Of a stretch of 50,629 nt of DNA, positions 11,309 to 23,261 are shown one piece after another; position 1 is the first letter of the stretch, and each line of letters starts with the position of its first letter. Origin of the DNA: Coniocarpon cinnabarinum (lineage: Eukaryota); contig JAVECO010000168.1 of the NCBI GenBank assembly GCA_051942205.1, positions 1 through 50,629 on the forward strand, written 5' to 3'. Below the pieces are notes generated by a model, which saw nothing but the letters and a program-made list of their open reading frames with translations, searched no databases and was not told where the DNA came from. The translations under genes were made by a program, and so were the position numbers.

Positions 11309-14300
11309 CTACCTCCAAACACTCTTTGGCTTCGCCGCCAGACTCCCACGATTTCCAGGCACAGCAGCGCCCAGACCAGGATTCACGCTAACTTTTCCCC
11401 ACGGTCCCGATGATCCCCTAGACACCTGACGTGGCGTGGGTCGCTCATCCGACATCGTATTCCGTCTCGCATTGACGACATCCTGCTTGACGACCGGCGT
11501 CGTCCGCGGACTAAGCGTGCTATGCCTAATCGCGGGATCGCGCTCCGCCTTCATGCGACGAGCATGCGTTGTTGAAAACAGCGATGTTTCATGATTCTCC
11601 GAAGGGCTGTAGGTGTTTGGATTCGGCGGACTACGACGCCTATGGATGCGGTCGGCGTCGCGCATGGATTGTCGACGGGACATAGAGGCGCGTTTGATGG
11701 CGGCTTTCACTTGGCGGGTCTCGTCGTCTGTAGAGTCAGAAGAGCTGGCGCTGATGTTTTCTTTGAGCATGGAGCTGTGCGGTGGAGGTGGCGGCATCTC
11801 GCTGGATGGCCGGCCGTTCGCCTTGTTAAGCGCGACCTCCTGTAAGGGTGATGCTTCAGGCGATGATGACACCGGATTTGCCAGTTTCGAATGAGGTGAG
11901 TCGTTTCCTTTTCGAGACAAGAAGCCTGTCTGGAATCGGCCGTTTTTCGGTTTCGTGTCCATATTCGCACTAGGAGGTGTCGGCATTGGTGATGAATTGT
12001 TGTCAGAGTCGTGGAGGTAATCGGGTTGTGGCTTCGGAGGCAGCATCTCCTGTGTGCTCTCTGAAGATGGCTGTGCCGGCGTCGAATCTTGCTTCTGCGG
12101 TGTTTGGGACCATTCTGCTAGAGTGCCATCTTCTGTGTCGTCTCTCCACCGGACGGCTCTTTTCGCAGGTGACCTTTTCTTCGGCGTGAAGGAAACACCT
12201 TTGCGTGGCGTGCCAAGTTTGACGCGCCGTCGTGGTGATGATCCTTTGGCCGGAGACATGCTAAAGCGAGCAGTGTTCTGGATAGGAGGTGCCTGACTTG
12301 GTCGCTTCATCGGCGAAGATCTGACAAGATTTTCGTCTCTCCTTCTTTTCGGTGTGCCTGATTTGGTTCGAGGCAGGGGTTCCAATACTGGTTGTGATCC
12401 ATCTGCCTTGACAACATGGTTTGTAGCTTCATTGCAAGCGTTGAGCATACGATGGAGAAAGTCTTTCCCAGCACGCATTGCTGACGCTTCATCCATCGTC
12501 AACACCTGATCGATCATGCAGATAGTCTCAAAGTGCGCCCTAAGCAAAGTCTGCATCAGCGCATTGTCGCCTTGCTTATCCAGCTCCAGCACTGCTGACT
12601 GCATCTCGGTCTCAGCATTAGACTTTAGTAACTCCGCCTCTCTTTGTAGAGCTTCGCGGTCGCTGTTGTCAATGACTCCATCCACTTCTTCGAGTTGTTT
12701 CAGACCTGTTTGCAGTGCCGTGTCAATGGGCCGTTGCCAACTCGCCTTTGCCAACCGGCTATGGTAGTGCGACCTGCTTTGCTCGAGCTCCATGAGGATA
12801 CCATTCGCAGTTTTGCGCATGTTCAACAAATTCTGGGGTGGCTCTGACTCTTCTCGTGCTTCACACGTGTAATCAAAAGCCGCAATCCATGAGCTGAGAG
12901 CCGCAATTCGTCTCTCAATCTGCCGCAACTTCTTGGCAGCACTGACTCTCTCCTGCCGGTCTGCTTGACAATGGTCATATGAACTCCTCAAACGTGCGAC
13001 ACCCTCTCGGATGATGCCCTCTTTCTTCTCGCTTTGCTTTTTGAACTTTCCAAATGCAATAGTCTCGTAGTCTTTTTGTTGTGCCTTTAACTCGTTGATC
13101 AGAGTCATCTGCTCGTCGATTTTCTTGAGGAAGTCCTTCACGTGGCGATTCACATTGTAGACATTCCGAGTGACCTTAGTCTGGATGTTTTTAGCTCTGT
13201 TGGCATATCGCAACGTGTTTTGGGTTTCATCGAAATGCGCGCTGGATGGGCTGACGCACACTATCATGACAGTCTTGCAATTTCCACCAAGCGAGAACTT
13301 GAGGAGCCGTGTCAGCTTAGAGTTGCGGTAGGGAATGTGGTTCTTTCGTCTCGGGTCACACAACGCGTTGATGCAGCTGCCAAGCGCAAGAAGCGATTTG
13401 TTGATATTGGCACCTTCGGTCAGCCGTTCGCCGCGATTCTTTGTTGCACTAGCGCGCTCACTACCCGCCAGATCGATAATGCTTAAAGTCGCCATTGTGT
13501 GAGGTTCATTGATGTCTGCATTGCGATCTTTCTGCGACACGTTGATCTGGAGTACAGCGTGTGATCGGGACGAGGTGGCGTTGGCTTCTGTGGGAGACTG
13601 CGTTCGGCATTCGTTTCCGCGCACGATCATGTCCATGACTTCTTGGACCTGTCACTAGAATGAGCTCAGTGTGTTTCAGATTGTAAGAACATGACTCACG
13701 TTCTGAGGATGGTGACTTGACAGTCCCGCAACAGAGACCGCATGATTGGCATCTTCACGCAACATCAAGCCACCTTTACTCCCACCAGGAACAAGCAGGT
13801 CTCGGATGGTTTCGTTGTATATCTCAAGATAAGAAAGTGATATCTCCGTAACTTTGTCTTCTTGCACGTCAGCTATCTTCTCGAAGAGCTCTTGCATCGT
13901 CAGAAAGATAATCCCCGGCTGTTGCATAGACCCCCTGCACGTCTGTCAGTCTAAGCTTTCCCGTGACGTGCGAGCACAAGCACGTACGTGATTGTGTGAG
14001 TTTTTCCACATCCCGTTGCCCCGTATGCAAACACAGTCGCGTTATAACCATTCAGGACGTTATCCAACAAATTTTTCGAAGTCGACTCGTAGACATCACC
14101 CTGTGCGGTGTTCTCATCAAAGACCTTGTCGAAGCAAAATGTCTGATCTTTAACTCTTTTCCCTGATCCAGGAAGAACCGTCTTGGAGAAACGTTGGACT
14201 GGATTGTCCTCGGGAGGGTCGAAGACGCTGCAAAAGACGTCAGCTGCATTCGCCTTCGCTGGAGTTGGACTGTTATTCGCACAGGCATCTGTCATCCACA

Positions 14301-14488
14301 ACTTTGATAATCGACCTCAATCCTTTCGAAGCCAACTTGGGTGTCTGAGCACCTGCAAGCGACCCATCGCCAAGGAACAGTGGCGCATCATCGGTCTTGG
14401 ACAGTTGCGCAGCCTCTCGGATTGTGAATGGTCGCACTCGGACCGCGACTGAAATTGAAGAGGCACCTTCGAGATCAGGCCCAGCCAT
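11309..14488 (-). CDS. KIP3: Kinesin-8 family motor protein (Kip3/KipB)
   Basis: Exons 14488-14283, 14227-13988, 13934-13700 and 13648-11309. Motifs [10 protein letters not shown]-loop [11 protein letters not shown], switch [10 protein letters not shown], switch [44 protein letters not shown] and [13 protein letters not shown] are typical of kinesin-8. Confidence 0.95.
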
Positions 14489-14947
14489 GCTCAACACGTG
14501 TTTCCCAACATGCGCCCCGACACATCAAACAGGAGTGTGAAGCCGCTCAGAATGTTTTTCAAGTTTGCTAAGCGAGACGTGTAGATTCTGAGAGCAAAAT
14601 TCAAGGCGGATGGCAGTTGCGCGTGCGTTGTGAGATGCGTCAATGGCAGTTTTGATTTCTATGTTTAGCCTCAGATTACCTGTTTCGTCATCCAGCCGTT
14701 GCCCCAGGCAACCAGGGCGCTTTCCTAACTCGCGCTTGACGTTGCACAGCTAAAAAGTGCTCTGCAAAGACATTCAAGGTCTGAATTCGTCGTCGAACTC
14801 CTCCAGGTGTATTTGAGGTGCGCATGTGTCTCCAGGTTGTGGCCCACCGTCCTCTGATGCTGCAGATCCACCAACGCCGCGCTGCCAATAATATATGCAC
14901 TTTCTTCGATTTTGACTCTGCCCTTGGTCCATTCTGAAGAACGTCCA

Positions 14948-15418
14948 TCACTCCTGCTCCTCATACTTGGGCATGACAACATCCCATTGCTCATCCGTAA
15001 CAGGATTATATTCCTCGTCCTCGTCCGTCACGAATTTATACGCCACCACGCTCCCATTCGCCAACCCCGCCGCTTTCGGTGTCGCCTCTTTGAGTTTCAC
15101 CTCCGTCTCGCTTGTTTTCTTCCTCCTGCCATCGGCTTCACTGCCCGCGATCAATGCGCCTGCCTTATCAGCCAGGCTAGTGAAGCCGCTGTCGAGATTG
15201 TGGATATCGTTCGGTCGAGCTAGAAAGACTTGAGATGGATCGGCTGGTATTTGCGTCTTGTTGAGGATGCCATCGGGATGTGACTCGCGCAGTGCACGAA
15301 GCAGTTCTGCCTTGAGTGAGTCAAAAGACTGCAGTGGATCGGCATGAAGAAATGTGGTCGTCCTGTGATTTTTGAAGCGGAGCGTGAACGTTGCCGGAGA
15401 CGGCTTTGTAGACGTCAT
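14948..15418 (-). CDS. Hypothetical protein (156 aa), possibly a beta-grasp/ubiquitin-like fold
   Basis: Clean ATG-initiated single-exon ORF with protein-like composition (TLRFKNHRTTTFLHADPLQSFDSLKAELL...WDVVMPKYEE). The fold is a guess. Confidence 0.75.
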   Translation of the reverse strand: MTSTKPSPATFTLRFKNHRTTTFLHADPLQSFDSLKAELLRALRESHPDGILNKTQIPADPSQVFLARPNDIHNLDSGFTSLADKAGALIAGSEADGRRKKTSETEVKLKEATPKAAGLANGSVVAYKFVTDEDEEYNPVTDEQWDVVMPKYEEQE

Positions 15419-16528
15419 GGAGAAGTCCCTGGACAGTGAAGCTTTTCCTCACAATGCGATGAGCCCCCGAGGTCTTCCTAAAAACTTTTGTGGTCGTACA
15501 GGCTACCTCCGTACTGCTAGGTATTGATGATGATGGTTTTGTCAATGAATGCAAAGGTGCTACGCGCAATATCCCGGCAGGGTGTCTTGTGTGTTCAACA
15601 ATGTCAGAATTGCTCGAGGAAGACCTTAACAAGCACAATTCTTCTCGGACATTGTGAAAGATTGCGATCTTTGCACTCTCGCTAGTCCCTGGAGAATGGC
15701 AAAAGGGGAAGAGATATTGCAAGTATGCAAGTGGCCGATACATGACCACGGTTCAGCATCTTGCGCTTAGAGCCGGATGTAATGTCTAACGTAAACACTC
15801 ACCAAGCCACAACGTGCAGACCTGTATGACATCGCAGGCTTGGTGACGCCTGTCAAGATCCGACCTCATTCGACGACCTTGCCAAACCTGTGTCTGGCTT
15901 TCTATCGCCTGATTCAACTAGCTTGTACCGTTATTGCCGCATCTCACGGGCTACAAGATCTCGGCCAAACCGACAGGTTCAATACCTTTTATGCTCGATA
16001 TAATTGCTTGCGCTTCATTGACTTGGCTCCGGAAGTTGTGCGACGCGCGAAGGGCTTCCTCCTGGCTTTTCATTCCCTCTTTCACCATTAACCCGAAATA
16101 CGCTGCAAAACTATCCAGACCCCCGCTGTGAAATGAACCGGAGCGAAGGTGTCTTCATATGTTAGCTATGCAAAAATGCTTCGGCGTGGTCAGACTTACC
16201 CATCTGTGTGAACCTGGCACAACTTACAACGAGAGTCCCCTTTGGTGACACGAGAATCATCTGAAACTACAGTATCTCCGCATATGCAGCGCATCGTCTC
16301 ATCTGTCACTTCCAAGTCCGAGTTCATCATTATTTTGAGAAGTCTGAAATGCACCCTTACCCTGACAAAGTCGGTAGGATTGTCGTCTGCGATGACAGCG
16401 TTAGTGCATGGGTCTGAGAGATAGCGTTGCGCTGTCTCTACGGGGGACAGCCATGTTCCCCTGATCTGGACGCGTCTCCGAGCCTGAATGATCAGCCTCG
16501 TGACCTGGTCTCGAAGCAGAGAGTGCGC

Positions 16529-17868
16529 TTATGTACCCGGGCAATGGCATGCGAGGACGATATAGGGTAGAATCTGGTAAGACTTGCCTTCAATGACATT
16601 GCTATCCTCCTCCAAACTCCTCTGGAAAGAGAGCAAATCACTCTGCTGTGAGTGCAAGTGATCACGGCGAAAGCCGGCATTAGTCGAATGTTCGCGAGTT
16701 TCCATGATGCTGCGATACCATAAGCCACAAGCTGTGCTGGAAGTATGGTCAGATGGGTGAACAATAGTCAAAGAGTTTGAGGCACCTCACCACTCGTGAA
16801 GATCATCGCTGCCATCAGTACCAACAAAAGAGCATCCAGGACAACTTCTCCCATCAGGCGCCACTATGCCGCTCCTTGAGAAGATGATCTCCATGTCGAG
16901 CTGCTGCCCGGGTTTGACAACTGCCTTCCACGGGCGTCTTCGGCTAAGCTCAATTTGATTACCGACATTCTGTAGCGCAAATTGCTTTTCTAGAATCTTC
17001 CTATGTCCCTTTTGCCCTCGGAACCGGGCCTCCATGGCGGCATCGAACACCTCCCATGAGTTGACGAACTGTAGATGCATAGGAAACCGCTCACCAAAGG
17101 CATCAGTGACAGTGAAGGTGCCTTGGTAAAATAGAAGCTCATTCAGGAACGTATTCGAATGATCTACAGCCAACATTTAGCGGGAGTCTTGAGTCACCAT
17201 CAAATAGTGCAAGAAAGATAGAAGACCTGCCTGTTATGACCAGAGGACGGTCCAAGCGAGCTAGTATTGTGCGTAGAAGACTTTCATGTGCCTGGCTCGA
17301 TGACTCTGCCGAAGCCGCGGCATCAGCAATTGCCTTCTGCGTCTGCGCATGCGCGCTTTCATTCACTGTACTAATACACGCATGACATTTAAGCACTTGT
17401 TCCACGAATATACGACTTTGGGAGGACTCACATATTCCACATTTCAAGGAGAGCCTGTATTGAGATCGTATGCGTAAGAAGGTGCGCACGGAAGCTTTCT
17501 ACTTCGTCTGCCTCGCAGATCTTCCATCTCATCTTGCACGCTGCATCTTGGAACACCGATCCCGACCCACCGACCTTGAGGCTATGCTGATATTTCCGCA
17601 CCTTTAAAAAAAAAGGCTTGATCAAATCTTCACAAGTTGCAGTTCTTCTAGTGATTGACACGCACAGAGCGTTGAGACCTGGAGAGGCGTCATGTCTTCG
17701 GACAAGAGTCTCGACCTGATGCAACACGTCGCCGAGCGACTGCAGTTGTCTGACCAGCTGCTGGAAGTCGTGCGACGACCCTCTGGCCTCATTGAGCGCG
17801 CTGACGAGGTCTTTGATGAGCAATCCGACAGCGATGATGTCCCCGACGGATGCGACACCAAGAGGCAT
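16529..17868 (-). CDS. Fungal STAND-type N-terminal (SesA/HeLo-like) domain fused to a ubiquitin-like domain and a CxxC-CxxC Zn-ribbon; no NTPase domain
   Basis: Exons 17868-17432, 17370-17231, 17163-16791 and 16736-16529, or spliced further to ~16190. N-terminus SVGDIIAVGLLIKDLVSALNEARGS. Middle TDAFGERFPMHLQFVNSWEVFDAAMEARF...VKPGQQLDMEIIF. Then SCPGC...HEC/TACGLWYR across an intron. The 3' end is uncertain. Confidence 0.78.
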
Positions 17869-18283
17869 GGTCGGCAATGAACATGATCAATATGACTTCT
17901 TGTGTTGACTGCTGCTGCTTTCGTGAAGGAAGTTGATCGAGTCCAACAGGCAGTTGGGTATCATGTGGCTGTGTCGAGACGTTGTTCGGAGCGCACGAGG
18001 CTGAGCTTCCAAGCCTTGCATAAGGTACGTACCACGGTGTCTCATGCCTGTCCAATCAAAGGCCAGGTCTTTTCCGCGGACTTCTGAGTGCTGAAAGATT
18101 CTGCGAGATGGTATATTGCAGTGGTGAAGACTGTCTACTGATATAGGAGAACAGCAAGGGCGTCCTGAGAAGTCGCTAGCTTTATGGTGGGACATTTCAG
18201 TTAAAATTCGTTTTCGATTGTTGTGATTTAGAAGCTCTGCGTCCACATGCATGTCATGAGATCCTCTGTGATCTTGTGCAGCA

Positions 18284-19703
18284 TTAGAAGAGAACTCTGT
18301 ATACCCATTTCAGAGCATTGAAAGCGCTCAAGTAGATGTCGAACAATCGTTCACTTACACTGGAAGTCTGGTTGCTTGTAGTTGTAGGCGGGTGGGCCAC
18401 TAAATGCTCTAAATCCACTGGCGAGTCCAGATCGTCATCCTCGCCGCCTGTCATGCCCGAGTTGGCCAGCACGTTCAAACGCTTCAGAACAGTCGGTCTG
18501 TATGCATCTCGAGCCCAGTCGAGGATGTAATCGACAATCATGAGAAGCTGCATTGCCTTATCCACATCCACTATATCACCGTTCCAAAGCTCAATGCAAA
18601 GCTTCAAACGCCAGTCAGCTTATCTGTCCGGTCACAGGAGTTTTTCGCACCTACAGTCTGATCCGCTGTTTCTCCTGCTAGAAAGCTTGCGTGTACATAC
18701 CACATCGAACCCACGTTTGCAAAAAACCATACTAATGGTCTATCCCGCCCCAAAGCATCCTCGTTGACGGCTTCAGTAGTGACGGTTGTGGAGATGCTCA
18801 TGAGTTTTGACTGAACGTTGAGCAGAGTGCGGAGAGGGAATGCCGTCTGTAGCCTGATAGACCTCAACGTCGCGCTTGCTTCGCGTTTGGCCTCAAGAAC
18901 CAGGAATGGATACACAAGAGATTTGTGGCCTCTCTTAAATGGCGATCCACTAAGCTCTTGCAATGATGGCAACAGCAGAAGCTCTTGCATCTTAGGAGTA
19001 CGGCGTAATCCGTATACACGATCTGGCTTTTGCTTGACCGGAAGCGCCTTGGATAAGTCTCTATTCTTGTGGTCGATGGCTTCACCCGCACGGTTAGCGA
19101 ACAATTTATTCAAGCCTTCTGAGGAGCTGCGGGACTAAAAGTTAGCTTGGTCTTCATGCAAGCAGACATAGGCTCACTGGTGGCTTTGATCGTCATGCCC
19201 ATGACCCAGACAATATGTGCGGCGTTCGCGGCGTTCATTTAAACAAGTGGCGATCTCTTTATCTGAAATCACATGTATTGGTACTTCGATCTCTGACCGC
19301 CAAATTCGTTTTTGACACGACGAACTGGTTTTGTAAGCATACGGAAATTTCCTTTGAAGGACGTGTATATTTACCAGGCGATCTTGCCACAGAATCTTGC
19401 CAGAATCAAATGCTCTAGATTCATGCGCCATGTTTGCTCATTAGCTTGGTCATCACGACATAGAGAAGCATGGCCCGCGATCCAGCTTGCACTCAAAAGA
19501 AGATCCTTCTTCGACCGACGACCATCCAACGCTCTGTCGAGACTTTGTTTATAATGATCTGTCTGTCGGCGGCCAAGCTTCTGAACATCCTCGAACAATG
19601 GAAGATGACATTCTGGCCATCGAACCTCATCACCGAGGTTTTTGAAGATTATTCTGTGCTGCGAGGTCAGTGCTTCCAGCTTTTCTATTTGATCAGGAGT
19701 CAT
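18284..19703 (-). CDS. Fungal accessory protein with a PD-(D/E)XK nuclease-like core
   Basis: Multi-exon, built from ORFs 19371-19736, 19174-19431, 18604-19113 and 18284-18607. Motifs IAC/SSCQKRIWRSEIE (CxxC across an intron), KPDRVYGLR, YPFLVLEAK, PLVWF, LWNGDI, QLLMIVDYILDWARD. Both ends are approximate. Confidence 0.7.
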
Positions 19704-20383
19704 GATTCGATCATTGCTCTCTCCGAGAATAGTCAACGGCTGCGAACAGAGAGGCAGAGTGATAGCCCATTTACATATAGTACTGACATTCTAGCTCATT
19801 CGACAAAAGACCGTGCCATGTTTCAAGTCCGTCCCGCACACATGCAGGAAAGATGCGGCGTAGCACAAGCAGCGAATCATGGGATGCGATGTGGGAACGA
19901 CTCATGGCATGCAGCCACTACGCCACGCTTGTTACATCAGAACGAGCTGCACTGCCCGTCCAGTGGCTTTGAAGTATAGGGGGTGTTGCAGTAGTGAGCC
20001 GTTTAGGCTCCAGCATTGGTGTCTGCACGTCGAGCAATGGAGACTGCAGGAAATGGATGAGAGACATTTGTGGGACCTACAGGGTGGCTACATGACAGAC
20101 GCGTGAGCAAAGACAAATTTGAATTTTCAAACATTGCAGTGATTGTCAGAAGCATTGTGCCGGTGTGTATATTGATGCCAGTGCATACCAGGATGTGGAG
20201 TGAAGAGGAGGAATCAGGCGACCCCTCGGGCGAAGATCTAAAGGGGGCGGTGAGGCGGCTACTTGAGACGCGCACGTGACGCGCTTCTGCACTGCAATTT
20301 ACGCCTCGTGTATCGGGCACGAATAGAGAGCGCCATTGATCTGGTCCTTGGATCAGAAATCAGCGTTGTTCATCAAAGTACAA

Positions 20384-22147
20384 TCACTGATGCACGCGGG
20401 CTCCAATGCTCCAGAGGAACTCGCACCGCTCTCGCGCAAGTGCGTCCACAGCCAAGCTCTCGCTATCCTCGCCTCCTGCTCCCGCAAGCACGATCCTTTT
20501 CCCAGTCTGCGCTTCATAAGCCTCCCAAGTGGCTGCGCCATCCTTCTTCAGCGTATTGGGATCCAGGGTCCGAATGAAACTTGTCCAGTAACCTTGCATG
20601 AGTGATACAATTCCCTCGTTCACACCCCCAGCCTCATATGACTGCGGCGCGCCTCCGCCGAAGATGTTCGTAGGGCCGAAGACAGCATTTACCTCTGTCG
20701 TGTGCGGTACGCCGAGGCCACGCGCGATGTCCGTGGGGTCGGACACGTTGTACAAGTAGTTCCAGGATTGGCATCCTGTAGCTTCGGAGAAAACTTGGGA
20801 TGCGTAAATGCCAGGGCACGTGTAGCGTATGTCGCCGTAGACTTTGGCAACTTGATTGTAGGATGCACCAAATTGTTGGCGGAAGCTGGAGTTCACTGGA
20901 GCGAGAAGATCGGGCACCTGTCGTTGGTTAGAAGAAGGATGCTCATAAAACCGAGTCCAAGCGGCCTAGTGAACACTCTATTAAGAAGCAAAAACAGGTT
21001 ACAAACTTACATTGTCTGGAGTGTACAGCTCGTTTAGTCGTCGGAGGTCTGCCAAAGTGAGAAGCGGAAACTGGTCGTGGAGGAACGCATTGCTCTGGGA
21101 CAGGTTTGCTGTGTTGTTTGGGACAAACACAGAACCTCCATTAGCATCATCTCCGAAAATTGTTGGGACATGCACTATCTTTCCGTCATGCAACAAGTTG
21201 TAGGCATAGTCCTGGATAAGATCATCGTCGATGGTGGGGCCATAAAGATAAAGCGGCTCGTCGGCAGCACCCGGAAACGGGGATGTCACAGTATTGTATT
21301 GCTCAAAGTCCGTGGCGGACAGCGATCGCAGGCAGGCAAGCGTACCATCCTCTTCGTCCACTGCAGACGCATTGCTGCAGCCAGTCGCTATTACCAGGTT
21401 GTCATACGCAAATTGACTTGCCTCCACAGTAAATTGCGTCGGGAAGCTCTGGCTCTCGGCTGCTGATCCGACAAACAATCCGAGGTCCTTCCCTCCGTAG
21501 GCAGTCAGCAACTGCACCACGCTCTGCGCACCGGCTGAGTCACCACCGATCACGACGTGAGAAGGGTCACCACCGAAAGATGAGATATGTGCATGCACCC
21601 ATCGTAGCGCAGCATAGTGGTCCTTCAAGCCATTGTTGATACTGGAGACTTGCTCGCCGGCGAGAAAGCCGAACGGTCCAACCCGATAGTTAAAGGTCAC
21701 GACGACCAAGTCCATATCAGCGTCGGTGATCAACCCACTGCCGTTGAGGTTTGGATTACTGTTGGAAGCATATCCACCACCTTGAATGAAGAAAAACACA
21801 GGGAGTGCGGAGTCTTTTGTTGCATTGCTTGGGGCGTAGACGTCGAGGAAGAGACAGTCTTCGTCCTGAGTCGTCTGATTGTACGAATCGCCGACAGCGA
21901 GACAAAGAGGTCCATGCTCGAGAGCATCCTGGACTTTGTCGCTGCTCGGAGGCGCTTCCGGGGCAGCAAATCTCAAGTCACCAAGAGGTGGAGCAGCATA
22001 TCGCATACCCAGCCATTGAGTGATAGCGTTTGGATTCGCGACTCCCTGATATGAGGTGTACTCAAGGTCCACAAGCGGTTCAACAGCTGCACTGAGTCGA
22101 ATGCATAGCACCAAGAGGCCTGAAAAACACCTAGGACTATTAAACAT
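20384..22147 (-). CDS. Secreted type-B carboxylesterase / lipase (alpha/beta hydrolase)
   Basis: Exons 22147-21011 and 20917-20384 (intron GTAAGT..CTAAC..CAG). Signal peptide, WLGMRYAAPPLGDLRF, EDCLFLDVY, QGGGY, nucleophile GDSAG, catalytic His in GVPHTTE. Confidence 0.93.
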
Positions 22148-23261
22148 TTTGATTACAATGGATCGAGTGATTGGTCGCACAGTGGACAAAACGTACCTAC
22201 CTTACTGTGTGCGTTTATACGAGATCGACGGCTACGTACATGCTATGACGCGATATTAAGCGCATTGCCGGTAGCTCAGCAAGAGCCGAAGCACGCTAGC
22301 GTTTTCACAGCGGGGATCAAATCTTTGACAACGAGTGTAACGCAAAAGAGAAGGTCAGAGCAGACCCTTCACGCGGGAAGGGGAAGGGGAAGTGGTAGTG
22401 GAAATTGGGGAAGAAGCGTGGCATTGCCGTTCATCTCGTATCGGCAGTGTGTTCCTGGCGGACGGTAAGGAGGTAGTGAGGGATAATATTCCTGACTATT
22501 TGGTCACTGGGCAGGAAGCTGGTCCGGAATACACTTTGCCGCTCACGTGATCAGGTGCTGGATAATGAGTTGTGCCTTGAAATGCAGGCTACCAAAAATG
22601 CAAGGATTGCTTCGAAACGCCAAGTCAATTATTCACAAAGGAGTCCTGGAGAGATGGAGATTTCCATGGTGCCCGTGCCGAGTAGAGTGTGTTCAGAGCA
22701 TAACTGCTATCCCTAGGCGGGCATGCACGATGTTTTATGGTGGACATCCTCGAAGCTCTCAGCTCACTCCTCCCGGAGGCAGCTTTCCTGCATAGTCATC
22801 AAGGCGTTTGCAATTTGCCGTTTCTCAATTAATGTTTGCGAAACTCTGTCTGCGCCAATAGAGTGCTTCCGTTCACGCAAGCGGGGCGCATTCAAGATAC
22901 CCCAGTTCCCACACAATACGTTTCTCTGTGCAGGGAGGTCGTTTTAACGGGCTGAAAGAGTATATCAGCTACCAAAACGCAGCTCGACACGCACTCAGCC
23001 CTTGTCCAGCGTGTATCGGTTGGTATGGCGCTCATACTAATGCCTAGGATTATTTGATTCACCAAAGAATCGCTATTGGAACACATGTTTCAATGAAACA
23101 TCCCTAATGCACGTCACATGGGACAAGGTGATAGCTTCTCCATTCACCCACCCATGCACAGAACGCTCGCACCGGTTGCTGTGCTGGAGTAGAGGCGTAC
23201 TTGGATAGCTTAGAGGTGTGACTTCGAGATGGACGTGTACTTTCCCGGGTGGTGCTTTTGT

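Noticed and set aside
17603..17614. T9 run / T TTA AAG heptamer in exon 1 of the SesA-like gene as a slippage or frameshift site
   Set aside because: The frame is intact and no stimulatory structure is evident; probably chance.
776..17868. Amyloid signalling motifs (HET-s-like, sigma, PP) associated with the NLR-type genes
   Set aside because: No N/G/Q-rich pseudo-repeat motif was found at the termini or in the linkers of these proteins.
22800..23200. Possible HET-domain-like remnant (WVNGE..., RWTRAECV)
   Set aside because: The fragments are in different frames and the similarity is too weak.
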